Positions 9,161 to 18,162 of a stretch of 32,613 bases of DNA are shown here, piece after piece. The notes below the pieces were generated by a model, which did no database searches, was not told the origin of the DNA, and saw nothing but the letters and a program-made list of their open reading frames with translations. Numbering within the stretch: the stretch's first letter is position 1; each line of letters opens with the position of its first letter. Made by a program: the position numbers and the translations under genes. Location of the stretch: contig JASLZZ010000043.1 in NCBI GenBank assembly GCA_030754595.1, positions 1 through 32,613 on the forward strand. Direction: 5' to 3'. This stretch comes from Nitrospinota bacterium. Its GTDB lineage: Bacteria; UBA8248.

Positions 9161-9308
9161 GAAGTGTCTCCTTCCGCACTTTCGAGAAAAGCCCTTTGAA
9201 TTCAAACCAAAGGCCGTTTGGGTAGGCGAAAGACTATTCATTTCGGCAAAATTTGTCGAGAAGGAGGCGAAAATATCGATCTCGCCGGCTCCCCTCCCTT
9301 CCCGCCGG

Positions 9309-9337
9309 TTGAGCCCTCCCCTCTAAACGCATATGAT
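9309..9337 (+). promoter_or_regulatory. Putative sigma70 promoter
   Basis: TTGAGC-N17-TATGAT; supports ATG 9378 (GGAGG RBS) rather than 9333. Confidence 0.45.
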
Positions 9338-9377
9338 ACAAGGTGTTGACCACTGTCGGCTATTTGGAGGATTTCTC

Positions 9378-9860
9378 ATGCACCCGCTTAAGATAGCTCT
9401 AATCGGTATCGTCGTTGCCGCCTCGCAACTTTCGCCGAACGATTTTCCCGGAACCGTTTACTCCCAGGACAAGGGCAGCGGCGAGCAAAGCGGAGAAGGG
9501 ACAACGAAAAAAATCGACCCGAAAGTCGCCGAGAAACTTCGCCAGGCGCGGATTAAGGAAACCCGAAAGAAAATATCCAACATCGGCACCCTCATCGAGA
9601 GCATCAACGAAAAGCTCGATCTCAGAACATCGCAACAGGGGGATTTCGATCAAAAGCGATCCCTCGAAAACCAACTTCGAGACCTGACCACTCTTTTCGC
9701 GCTGACCAATCAGGCGCTCACCGAGGTCGAACGCCTCTCCCGCGAGGTCGGCGTTATCAAGCGAAACTCCCGGAAGGGCCTGCGCGACTCCCGCCGTCTC
9801 CAGCTCGCCAACTTCCTCGAGGCCCGGCGGCAGGAGTACATCTTCTTCGCCACCAGATAG
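9378..9860 (+). CDS. Hypothetical exported/anchored coiled-coil protein
   Basis: GGAGG RBS, hydrophobic N-terminus (KIALIGIVVAA), low-complexity linker, heptad-like helical body; no family recognised. Confidence 0.65.
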   Translation: MHPLKIALIGIVVAASQLSPNDFPGTVYSQDKGSGEQSGEGTTKKIDPKVAEKLRQARIKETRKKISNIGTLIESINEKLDLRTSQQGDFDQKRSLENQLRDLTTLFALTNQALTEVERLSREVGVIKRNSRKGLRDSRRLQLANFLEARRQEYIFFATR

Positions 9861-9879
9861 TGGAGACCGGAGGCGTTCC

Positions 9880-10695
9880 TTAGTCCGCCCTCCGTTCGTA
9901 TACGACCCACGACACATCCGCCGCGCGCCGGAAACCAAGGCTGGTGAAAACGCGCGCCGAGGGCGCGTTTCCATCCACGATGTAGCAGTATACCGGCCGG
10001 CCTCGTTCTAACTGAATCCGCGCCAGCGCCGACGCCACCCGGCGGCCCAGCTTTCGGTTCCGAAATTTTTCAAGGGTATGAAGCATCCCGATCGATCCGT
10101 TGTCGTGAACAATCATGTAGGCAGCGAGCTCGCCCCCGACGCGAACGGCGGCGTGAGGCGCCCGGGCAATGCGTTCCGACACATAACTCTCGATTTCACC
10201 GTAATCGGCAAACTTCGAAACAATGGGGATTTCATCCTCCCGGATGCGACCGACAGGGGGGCCCTCCTCGAAAGGAGTAAATTCCTCCTCGGACAGCGTG
10301 AAGAGTCCGCAACCGTTCTCCCGGACCAGGGACCGCTCGCGGGCGAGAATGTCGCGCATTTCCGGAGGAGCGGCGTTCAGTCTCAGAACGCAATTCTCCC
10401 CCTCCGGAGGCAGGTGCCTCGGCTTCTCTCCCGCCGCATCCATTTCAGCAGCCATTTTTTCAAGATTGCCCAGGTGCTCGACAGCCGCTTCGGGGGACCC
10501 GAGAAGACCGAGCCGGCCCATGGTTCGGTGGACGAGGAGCGAGGGGCTCTCCTCATCATCCACCCACAGCCGCTCCACTCCCCCGGATTCCGCTAAGGTG
10601 CCCTCGATCCGGAGACTGAAAGGGCGGTTCTCTTCAAGAAACCGCCCAAATGCCGGCGCATCGAATCTTTCAAGCTTCCGAAGAGTCACATACAT
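9880..10695 (-). CDS. GNAT-family acetyltransferase (FR47/GLYAT-like C-terminal domain)
   Basis: GSIGMLHTLEKFRNRKLGRRV motif A and YCYIVDGNAPSARVFTSLGF motif B. Start is uncertain (ATG 10695 or TTG 10731). Confidence 0.82.
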   Translation of the reverse strand: MYVTLRKLERFDAPAFGRFLEENRPFSLRIEGTLAESGGVERLWVDDEESPSLLVHRTMGRLGLLGSPEAAVEHLGNLEKMAAEMDAAGEKPRHLPPEGENCVLRLNAAPPEMRDILARERSLVRENGCGLFTLSEEEFTPFEEGPPVGRIREDEIPIVSKFADYGEIESYVSERIARAPHAAVRVGGELAAYMIVHDNGSIGMLHTLEKFRNRKLGRRVASALARIQLERGRPVYCYIVDGNAPSARVFTSLGFRRAADVSWVVYERRAD

Positions 10696-10792
10696 CTCCC
10701 CAAGGGTCGGTGTAGCCGGGATTCTATACAAATTCGAGGACCAATGGTGTATGAATTGTGTTCAATCTTTTCAATCACCGCGAGGAGCGTTC

Positions 10793-11860
10793 ATGAAAAA
10801 CTACCGCATCGCCGTCATTCCGGGGGACAATATCGGCCCCGAACTCATGAAAGCGGCCCTCGCCGTCCTAGAGGCCACGCAAAAGGTGGACGGGGGCTTC
10901 ACACTCGAATTCGAGACCTGCCTCGCGGGAGCGGCCCACTACACTGAACACGGAACCGCCATGAGCGATGAGGCCATAGCGGCCTGCCGCGCGGCCGCCA
11001 GTGTTTTCAAGGCCCCGGTGGGCGACCCCGCCGTCCGGACACCGGAGGGGATCGAGGCCGGCCTTCTCGGCGGGGTGCTCAGGACCGGCCTTGACCTTTA
11101 CGCCAACGTGCGGCCCGTCAAGCTTTATCCGGGCACTCCCACCCCGCTGCACGGATATCAACCGGGCGGTATCGACTATGTGATCATCCGGGAAAACACT
11201 GAGGGTCTTTATGCCTCGCGCGGCAAGGGAGTCGGCGGTCCTAACGCTATGGCCGATACGATGATCGTCACCCGGGCGGGCACCGAACGCGTTGTCCGCT
11301 TCGCATTCGAGGCGGCGAAAAAACGCAACGGCGCACCGGCGGACGGTGTTCGCCGGGTGACCTGCGTCGAGAAAAGCAATGTACTTCGCTCTTTCGCCCT
11401 TTTCCGCGAGATTTTCCTCGAGATCGCCGGGGAATACCCCGGGGTCGAGGCCGAGACCATTTACCCGGACGCCGCCGCCCAAGCCCTTGTCATGAATCCC
11501 GCCCACTACGACGTTCTCGTGATGGAAAATCTTCTCGGAGATATTCTGAGTGATTTGGGCGGCGGAACCATCGGCGGCCTCGGAATGTGCCCCGGGGGAA
11601 ATATCGGGGACCAATACGCCTACTTCGAACCCGTGCACGGCTCAGCCCCCGATATCGCGGGCCTAGATATCGCCAACCCGGCAAGCCAAATTCTCGCGGG
11701 AGCGATGATGCTCGATCACATCGGCGAGGAAAGCGCCGCCCGGCGAATCGAGAGCGCCCTGTGGCTGGCTCTCGAGGAGGGGGAACTCTCCATCGACGAG
11801 CGCGGGCGCGCCAACCGGGGCACCATGTCCGCGGCCGAGGCGGTCATCGCCCGGCTCTGA
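10793..11860 (+). CDS. Isocitrate/isopropylmalate/tartrate dehydrogenase family protein
   Basis: IAVIPGDNIGPE, LDLYANVRP, IIRENTEGLY, EKSNVL, ENLLGDILSD, FEPVHGSAPDIAG; GAGGAG RBS before ATG 10793. Confidence 0.92.
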   Translation: MKNYRIAVIPGDNIGPELMKAALAVLEATQKVDGGFTLEFETCLAGAAHYTEHGTAMSDEAIAACRAAASVFKAPVGDPAVRTPEGIEAGLLGGVLRTGLDLYANVRPVKLYPGTPTPLHGYQPGGIDYVIIRENTEGLYASRGKGVGGPNAMADTMIVTRAGTERVVRFAFEAAKKRNGAPADGVRRVTCVEKSNVLRSFALFREIFLEIAGEYPGVEAETIYPDAAAQALVMNPAHYDVLVMENLLGDILSDLGGGTIGGLGMCPGGNIGDQYAYFEPVHGSAPDIAGLDIANPASQILAGAMMLDHIGEESAARRIESALWLALEEGELSIDERGRANRGTMSAAEAVIARL

Positions 11861-11934
11861 GGATTGAGACTTTCAGACGGGAAGACACCAAATCTTACGG
11901 CCCATACGGGCACGGAGGCGGATAGGCTTTTCGA

Positions 11935-12642
11935 TCAGTCCCAGAAACGGTAGCGGATGAGCGTCCAGATAGCGGCGGCGCCGTCGCGCCAGGTGACTTT
12001 TTTCCCTTCCTCGTAGGAGCGGCCGTAGTAGGAAATCGGCATCTCATAGACACGCCACTTCTTGGCCCTGAGAATTTTGGCGGTGAGTTCGGGCTCGATG
12101 TCGAAGCGCCGGGATCGAATCTCCAGCCCCTCGATCACCTCCCTTCGGAACATTTTGTAGCAGGTTTCCATATCTGTCAGGGTGCAGTTGAACAAAACAT
12201 TGGTGATGAGCGTCAAAAGGTGGTTCCCCATCTTGTGCCAGAACATGTGCACGCGCTGGGGCTTTCCTCCGAACCGTGAGCCGTAGACAACATCCGCCAT
12301 ACCCCGTTCGATGGGTGCGATGAGTTCGGGAAACTCGGCCGGGTCGTATTCGAGATCGGCATCCTGAACAACGATGACGTCCCCCGCCGCCGAAGCGAAG
12401 CCGGTCGTCAGAGCGGCCCCCTTCCCACGGTTTTCGGGATGCCGAAACACCCGCACTCCTTCGCCCTCGATGCCGGCGAGGATCTCCCTCGACCCGTCCG
12501 TGCTCCCGTCGTCCACGATGATGATCTCGATATTCATCGGAACCGCAAGCACCCGCGTCACAATCTCGGCGATGGTGTCCCGCTCGTTGTAGCAAGGGAC
12601 GATGACGCTCAGAAAAAGGCCCTCATGGCCGGATTCGCTCAT
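11935..12642 (-). CDS. GT2 glycosyltransferase (polyprenol-phosphate mannosyltransferase-like)
   Basis: SVIVPCYNE, IVDDGSTDGS, NRGKGAAL, QDADLEYDP, VYGSRF, TDMETCYK, EPELTAK. Confidence 0.93.
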   Translation of the reverse strand: MSESGHEGLFLSVIVPCYNERDTIAEIVTRVLAVPMNIEIIIVDDGSTDGSREILAGIEGEGVRVFRHPENRGKGAALTTGFASAAGDVIVVQDADLEYDPAEFPELIAPIERGMADVVYGSRFGGKPQRVHMFWHKMGNHLLTLITNVLFNCTLTDMETCYKMFRREVIEGLEIRSRRFDIEPELTAKILRAKKWRVYEMPISYYGRSYEEGKKVTWRDGAAAIWTLIRYRFWD

Positions 12643-13223
12643 TCGATCTCCGTGTTTATCTCATCGAGGGCATCCAGGATCATTTCGGCGTCGGCGTGGC
12701 CCGAAGCGTCACGCCCCCGCCACGCCCAGAGCAACATAACGTCCGGGCCGATGATGAACGCCCCCGGCAAACGAAAGCGATCGCCGACGGGAAGCCCCTG
12801 GCGGTGCCCCCTGAAGAAAGCAAGGGCCCCCCTCCAGACGGAGCGGAAACTGTGCATCCTACCGATATTTCCCCGCTCGAGGCCATAGGCCTCATACGCT
12901 TCGCCCGAAGGGTCGCCCAGACAGGCGAACGGAAAATTGAACATTTCGCATACCGGCGCCGCCGACACGCCTTCAGCGGGGTTGACCGCCACGACCCCCG
13001 CGCCGCGCTCTTAGAACTCCGCCTTGTGCCGGCGCAACTGCGCCATCTGCTCGCGGCAGAAGATTCACCCCAGATGACGCAGGAAAACGAGAACAATAGG
13101 ACCCTCTTTCCACAAGTCCCGGAGGCGGATCGGCCGGCCTTCGGCGTCCTCAACCGTGGCTTCCGGCGCCGGAAGACCGGCCAGGAATTCTCCCGGCACG
13201 GCCGCTTTATTATTCACGTTCAT
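12639..13223 (-). pseudogene. PRXL2/AhpC-TSA-like (SelU-like) selenoprotein gene with UxxC, carrying an extra in-frame TAA (pseudogene or sequence error)
   Basis: One frame reads LRDLWKEGPIVLVFLRHLG-UGA(13067-13065)-IFCREQMAQLRRHKAEF-UAA(13013-13011)-ERGAGVVAV...FPFACLGDPSGEAYEAYGL...GDRFRLPGAFIIGPD...GHAD. Its stop overlaps the GT2 start (ATGA). Confidence 0.75.
13027..13064 (-). promoter_or_regulatory. Candidate bacterial SECIS hairpin
   Basis: After the UGA: atcttc-TGCC-gcgagcagat-GGCGC-agtt-GCGCC-GGCA; the loop starts 25 nt after the UGA. Confidence 0.6.
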
Positions 13224-13432
13224 TTTCGCCCCCGAGCCCTCGTGTTTATCAGCGAGGGCATCATACGGCAAGAAACAGGAGACCGCTAAAAGCGGAGCCT
13301 CAAAAGCAAGCCTTCAAAGGAAAACCGGGGGGAGCGGGCGCGGTTGGCAACAGGCGGCGGCGCATGCCAATATCGATCCGGCTGATATCGGCCCACTCGG
13401 GACGCCTTCCAAATCTCAAGGAGGAATTCGCC

Positions 13433-14104
13433 ATGCCTCGGTATATCGACATCAGTTGCGAGATCAGGAGCGAGGTGCCCATCCCTCCGGGAGTTCCGCA
13501 AAAAGTGAAGCACACCACCGGTTTCCGCGGTCCCGACAAGCATCACTGGCAGGCCACCTGGCTCGAGATGAGCGCCCATACGGGGTCGCACGTGGACAGC
13601 ACGCTTCACGTAAAAAAGAATGGCCCCGCCATCGGCGAGGCGGATTTTCACAGCTACATGGGCGAAGCGGTCATGCTCGACCTCACCGAGATGGGCGAGC
13701 CCAACGCCAGGATGACGCGGTCCCATTTCGAGGGGATGGAGGAGAAGTGCCGGCCCGGTGATATCATCGTCGTCCGGACCGACTGGGGCCATAAGATGTT
13801 CGGGACGCTTGAATACTATACCGAATCGCCCTATATCGACGTCTCGGCGGCCGAGTGGCTTGTCGAGCAACAACCCAAGGCCATCGCCTTCGATTTCTTC
13901 GAGGAATACGACGCCCGCCGAACCGATTTCGACTCGAGCGAATTCTATGTCCACCATGTCATGTTGGGCGCGGACGTGGTCCTCATCGAAGGGCTCGACA
14001 ATCTGGATCAGATCGGCCAAGACCGCTTTTTCATGATGGCGCTGCCGATCAAAATCATGGACGCCGAGGCATCGCCCGTCCGGGCCATCGCCATCGTCGA
14101 CTGA
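13433..14104 (+). CDS. Cyclase-family metal-dependent hydrolase (kynurenine formamidase-like)
   Basis: HTGSHVD metal motif, GDIIVVRTDW, LIEGLDNL, ALPIKI...EASPVRAIA; AAGGAGG RBS before ATG 13433. Confidence 0.92.
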   Translation: MPRYIDISCEIRSEVPIPPGVPQKVKHTTGFRGPDKHHWQATWLEMSAHTGSHVDSTLHVKKNGPAIGEADFHSYMGEAVMLDLTEMGEPNARMTRSHFEGMEEKCRPGDIIVVRTDWGHKMFGTLEYYTESPYIDVSAAEWLVEQQPKAIAFDFFEEYDARRTDFDSSEFYVHHVMLGADVVLIEGLDNLDQIGQDRFFMMALPIKIMDAEASPVRAIAIVD

Positions 14105-14114
14105 GGAGATCCAC

Positions 14115-15236
14115 ATGGCATCCCGGCTTCTCGATCACGTGCGCGAGCTTTGCGCCCTTCCCGGCCCGCCGGGCCGGGAGGGACTCGTCAGCGACCGGAT
14201 CGCCGGCATTCTCGCCCCGGCCGCCGACATTCTGCGCTCCGACGCCTTCGGCAACCTCATCGCCAGGCACTCCGCCGTGGACACGGTTCCGCACGTGCTG
14301 ATCGAATGCCACATGGACGAGGTGGGTCTCGTCGTCAACACCGTCGAGCCGGGCGGAGCGGTGCGATTCGATAAAGTAGGCCTCGTCGCGGACGCCGCGT
14401 TTCCGGGCCAGGCGTTCGACCTGCTTACCGGGGACGGCGCTCTCCACCGGGCGGTGGTCAACATCCTGGCCGGTCATCTGCAAGCCCTTGGCGGACAGGA
14501 ACACCCCACCACCCGGGATATGTGGCTCGACATGGGCGGGCTGGACGGCGAGGGCGTCCGCGCCCTGGGGATAGGCCCCGGGACGCCGGGCGTCTTTCAC
14601 AGCCCCTTCGAGGAGATGGCCGGCGGCGCATGGAAATCCAAGGCGGTGGACAACCGCGCGGGCTGCGCCCTGTGCATCGAAGCGTTTTTGAGCAGCCTGG
14701 CCCTCGCGGACCACCTCCGCCTCAGCGCGGCGTTTTGCGTCCAAGAGGAACTCGGCGCCCGGGGGGCGTCGGCCCTTTCGGCGAGTTTCACCGCCGGAGG
14801 CCAGGCTCCCGATCTGGCCGTCGTGATCGACACCGTGGGCGCCGAGGGCCCGGAGGGCGTCGCCGACGCTTTGGGCGTCCGCCTCGGCGGAGGGCCTGCT
14901 CTCAGGCGCTACGATTTTTCGCCCGGAAGCCGCCTCGGCCACGTCCCTCCGGACGAAATGGTCGATTGGGTCCGGCGCACGGCGGAGGGCGCCGGCGTTC
15001 CGCTTCAAGAAGACGCCTACGTGGGGACATTCACCGACGCCGCGACCCTGAGCCGCTCGCTGCCGGGCGGGCTCCCCACCGTGGTGCTGAACCTCCCCCG
15101 GCGAAACGCGCACAGCCCCTCGGAAATTTTCTCTGAATCCGACCTCGACGCGCTCGCCGCCCTCATCGGCGCCCTCCTCCGCACCGCCGCCGAGGGCGAT
15201 TGCCCGCGTCTCGGGAAAGACTACAAGGAATCCTGA
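14115..15236 (+). CDS. M42-family metallopeptidase
   Basis: GPPGRE, DAFGNL, HMDEVG, KAVDNRAGC, VQEELGARGA, TDA, RNAHSPSE. Confidence 0.9.
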   Translation: MASRLLDHVRELCALPGPPGREGLVSDRIAGILAPAADILRSDAFGNLIARHSAVDTVPHVLIECHMDEVGLVVNTVEPGGAVRFDKVGLVADAAFPGQAFDLLTGDGALHRAVVNILAGHLQALGGQEHPTTRDMWLDMGGLDGEGVRALGIGPGTPGVFHSPFEEMAGGAWKSKAVDNRAGCALCIEAFLSSLALADHLRLSAAFCVQEELGARGASALSASFTAGGQAPDLAVVIDTVGAEGPEGVADALGVRLGGGPALRRYDFSPGSRLGHVPPDEMVDWVRRTAEGAGVPLQEDAYVGTFTDAATLSRSLPGGLPTVVLNLPRRNAHSPSEIFSESDLDALAALIGALLRTAAEGDCPRLGKDYKES

Positions 15237-15266
15237 CGCTTTCTTTATTTGAAAGGACATTTTTCG

Positions 15267-16106
15267 GTGCCCCAAACCATACGCGTCGCGCACAGCCCCG
15301 ACTCCGACGACGCCTTCATGTTCCACGCCCTGGCGAACGACAAGATCGACACGGGCGGGTTTGAATTCGTCCACGAACTCCACGATATCGAGACCCTCAA
15401 CCAGGCGGCCTTCGAGGGCAAGTACGAGGTCAGCGCGGTGAGTTTTCACGGCTACTGCCACATCGCCGGCGGCTACGCCATATTGCCTCACGGAGCGAGC
15501 TTCGGGGACGGCTACGGGCCGGTCATCGTCACGCGCGAGCCGATGACCAAGGAGGCGCTTCGCGGAGTCGAAATCGCGGTGCCGGGCCTTTTGACAACGG
15601 CCTATCTGACGCTTCGCCTTTACATGGGAGGCGATGAGCCCAGCCGCCGGGTCGTTCATTTCGACCGCATCATGGAAGAAGTGAAGAGCGGGGCGGCCGC
15701 CGCCGGAGTGCTGATCCACGAGGGGCAGCTCACCTACGAGGCGGAAGGTTTTCACCTCGTCGAGGATCTCGGCATATGGTGGAAAAAAGAGACGGGAGGT
15801 CCCCTCCCCCTCGGGTGCAACGTCGTCCGGAAGGATTTGGGGGCCGAAACCGTGCGCGCGGTGAGCCGCGTCCTGAGCGAAAGCATCAACTACGCGCTCG
15901 ACCACAGGGAGGAGGCCCTCGATTACGCCATGACCTACGCCCGCGATCTCCCGCGCGCCAAGGCGGATACTTTCGTCGGAATGTATGTGAACGACTGGAC
16001 GCGCTCCTACGGCGACGCGGGCCGCGAAGCCGTCAGGACCCTCCTCTCCCGGGCGGGGAGCGCCGGGATCGTCCCGGAAATGACCGATCCGGAGTTCGTG
16101 GACTAG
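15267..16106 (+). CDS. mqnD: 1,4-dihydroxy-6-naphthoate synthase (futalosine menaquinone pathway, MqnA/MqnD family)
   Basis: AHSPDSDDAFMF, DIETLN, GDGYGP, PGLLTTA, LIHEGQLTY, PLPLG, FVGMYVN; GTG start with GAAAGGA RBS. Confidence 0.88.
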   Translation: MPQTIRVAHSPDSDDAFMFHALANDKIDTGGFEFVHELHDIETLNQAAFEGKYEVSAVSFHGYCHIAGGYAILPHGASFGDGYGPVIVTREPMTKEALRGVEIAVPGLLTTAYLTLRLYMGGDEPSRRVVHFDRIMEEVKSGAAAAGVLIHEGQLTYEAEGFHLVEDLGIWWKKETGGPLPLGCNVVRKDLGAETVRAVSRVLSESINYALDHREEALDYAMTYARDLPRAKADTFVGMYVNDWTRSYGDAGREAVRTLLSRAGSAGIVPEMTDPEFVD

Positions 16107-16168
16107 GGGCGGTTTCTCCGCGGGGCAAACCTCTCGGGCGGGCGTTTTTATTAAAAAGGAGTTTTCAA

Positions 16169-16549
16169 GTGTTCGAAGGAATTCACCATATTTCCATCGC
16201 CATGGACGATCTTGAGGAGGGGCGCGATTTTTACGCGGGCCTGCTCGAACTGGTCGAAATCGATAGGCCCCCGCTGCCTAATCCCGGTTACTGGTTCCAG
16301 GTCGGCGCGGTCCAGCTCCACTTGACGGAAAAATCTTCGTCCAATGGAACCGGCGATATCCCCGGAACCGGCGCGGGAAAGACCCATTTCGCTTTCATGG
16401 GCGGCGATCTCGAGGACGTGAAGCGGCGGCTCGAAACGGCGGGCATCTCCGTGAAGGACGGTGTCAATTCCGCCATCGGCATGCGCCAGCTCTTCTTCAA
16501 GGACCCGTCCGATAACCTCGTCGAGGTATTCGCTCCCCTGAACTCCTAA
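16169..16549 (+). CDS. VOC-family protein
   Basis: IHHISIAMDDLEEGRDFY...QLHL...HFAF...QLFFKDPSDNLVEV; GTG 16169 with AAGGAG RBS. The longer ORF-track start overlaps mqnD. Confidence 0.9.
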   Translation: MFEGIHHISIAMDDLEEGRDFYAGLLELVEIDRPPLPNPGYWFQVGAVQLHLTEKSSSNGTGDIPGTGAGKTHFAFMGGDLEDVKRRLETAGISVKDGVNSAIGMRQLFFKDPSDNLVEVFAPLNS

Positions 16550-16805
16550 CGCTCGCCGGAGCGACGCGCTGAAATTGAAAACCTCCGAATCGGAGGCGAA
16601 ATCCCGTTTTGGAATGGACCGTAGGCGTTGGCCAAAATCCAGAATATTTTGTCCCCCCTTGAGTATGATATATTCTTTTCGTTCCTGGAAAAACATTTTA
16701 ATGTCCATTATGGATTCATCCTTATCGAAGGAATGTTAATCCAAGGATACGGATATTTAGTCAAGAATAGGGGGGAGCGAAACCTTTTGAAGGAGCGGAA
16801 GACAA

Positions 16806-17306
16806 ATGGAGAATGCCGGAATGTGGAGACAATTAGCCTTGTTTATTCTGGCCATCGGTTTTGTCAGCGGTTGCGTCAGAATCAATGACGACCTAGGCCA
16901 AGTGTTCAGATACAAGCACCCGAAAATAGGAGCCCGGAAAAAGGTCATGCGCAGCATAGCCGGCAGTTTGAAGAACATCAAAATCGCCACCGAGGCCGGC
17001 GGCGGAGTCGGGCCCATGCGCAAGATCAAGTGGGCGGCCCAGGACATCGCCAAGAACGCGCGAAAAATCCGGGGCACCTTCAGGCACAGAACCATGGGCG
17101 GCGTCACCAGGTCGACGAGCAAGGTCTGGGATAACTAGAGCGGATTCACCCAAACCGCCGGCAACCTGGCCGCCTCGGCCGAGATTCTGGCGATGGCCGC
17201 CGACGGCGGAGACACGTCGGGCGTCAAGAACGGCATCAAGACCATTGGCGCCAACTGCGGGAAATGCCACAAATCCTTCCGGGTGAAGAAGAAGATGAAA
17301 AAATAG
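16806..17306 (+). pseudogene. Lipoprotein cytochrome c' (class II) interrupted by an in-frame TAG at 17136-17138
   Basis: Lipobox FVSG-C; RKKVMRSIAG; TRSTSKVWDN-UAG-SGFTQTAGNL...IGANCGKCHKSFRVKK. The C-terminal CxxCH (17256-17270) lies after the stop in the same frame, and a terminator follows 17306. Confidence 0.82.
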
Positions 17307-17328
17307 ATTTTTTGATCCCCGCACCAAG

Positions 17329-17366
17329 AAACTCCCCGGCTCTCCTCGAGCCGGGGAGTTTTTTTC
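17329..17366 (+). terminator. Rho-independent terminator
   Basis: aaactccccggctc-tcctc-gagccggggagttt followed by a T-run. Confidence 0.85.
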
Positions 17367-17530
17367 GGCCGAATTCCTTTTGTTTAGGGAGAAAACACAC
17401 AGCCCGCCTTTTTTCGGCTACCTCATTAATCTAACCGTTTACAAACCATTTATTTCTTGACTTCTACTCCAGCGGAGATACCATTCGTCGTTGCGGTTGC
17501 GGGTATCTTACTGAACTCAAAAAAAACAGG

Positions 17531-18082
17531 ATGGAGGATGAAAAGTTGAAGGAGAATTTTTCCACAGAATCCTTCAAGGACAAATACGAGAAGGAGGCGC
17601 GGGTCAACATCGATCTTCGCAAGGCGCTCGATTTGATGGAGGAAGCGGAGAAATCCCATGAAAATGGCGATATCGAACAGGCCATCGAACTCTACAAAGA
17701 ATCCATCGCCTACTGCCCGACGGCGGACGCACATACCTATCTCGGCTGGATGTACAGCATGCAGAGTCGCCTTGAGGAGGCAATAGAGGAGTGCCATCAG
17801 GCGATCGAGGTCGACCCCGACTTCGGCAACCCTTACAACGACATCGGCTGTTATCTCCTCGAAATTGACGAGATAGACGAGGCCGAGGAGTGGTTCAAGA
17901 AGGCAAAGCGGGCGCCGCGCTACGAACCCCGTCATTTCCCCTACATGAATCTTGCCCGTGTTTACATGGCCAAGGGCCAACACGGCAAAGCCTTGACGGA
18001 ACTTTACCGGGCCCTCCAGATTGAACCCGGCGAAGAGACGCTCCAGCGTCAGTTCGCCGATTTGCTTGCCTTGCTCAACTAA
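17531..18082 (+). CDS. Tetratricopeptide repeat protein
   Basis: PTADAHTYLGWMYS...AIEVDPDFGNPYNDIGCYL...PRYEPRHFPYMNLARVY TPR pattern. Confidence 0.9.
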   Translation: MEDEKLKENFSTESFKDKYEKEARVNIDLRKALDLMEEAEKSHENGDIEQAIELYKESIAYCPTADAHTYLGWMYSMQSRLEEAIEECHQAIEVDPDFGNPYNDIGCYLLEIDEIDEAEEWFKKAKRAPRYEPRHFPYMNLARVYMAKGQHGKALTELYRALQIEPGEETLQRQFADLLALLN

Positions 18083-18102
18083 CCAATTTCACAAAAAAAT
18101 GT

Positions 18103-18140
18103 GGCCGGTCCGGATTTATCCCGGACCGGCCGTTTATTTC
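18103..18140. terminator. Bidirectional terminator between convergent TPR and cupin genes
   Basis: GGCCGGTCCGG-atttatc-CCGGACCGGCC, 11-bp perfect stem, with an A-run upstream and T-rich sequence downstream. Confidence 0.75.
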
Positions 18141-18162
18141 TTAATGAAACAGTTCGCTGGCA

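Noticed and set aside
10223..10792. 190-aa N-terminal extension on the dehydrogenase in the ORF track
   Set aside because: It is the antisense shadow of the GNAT gene; the real start is ATG 10793 with an RBS.
14055..15905. 616-aa minus-strand ORF, and similar long antisense ORFs such as 28131..29558 and 24961..25983
   Set aside because: These are shadows of well-supported genes on the opposite strand, expected at high GC3, with no motifs of their own.
16628..16888. 86-aa ORF upstream of and overlapping the cytochrome c'
   Set aside because: AT-rich, atypical codon usage, no motif; it looks like promoter/leader DNA.
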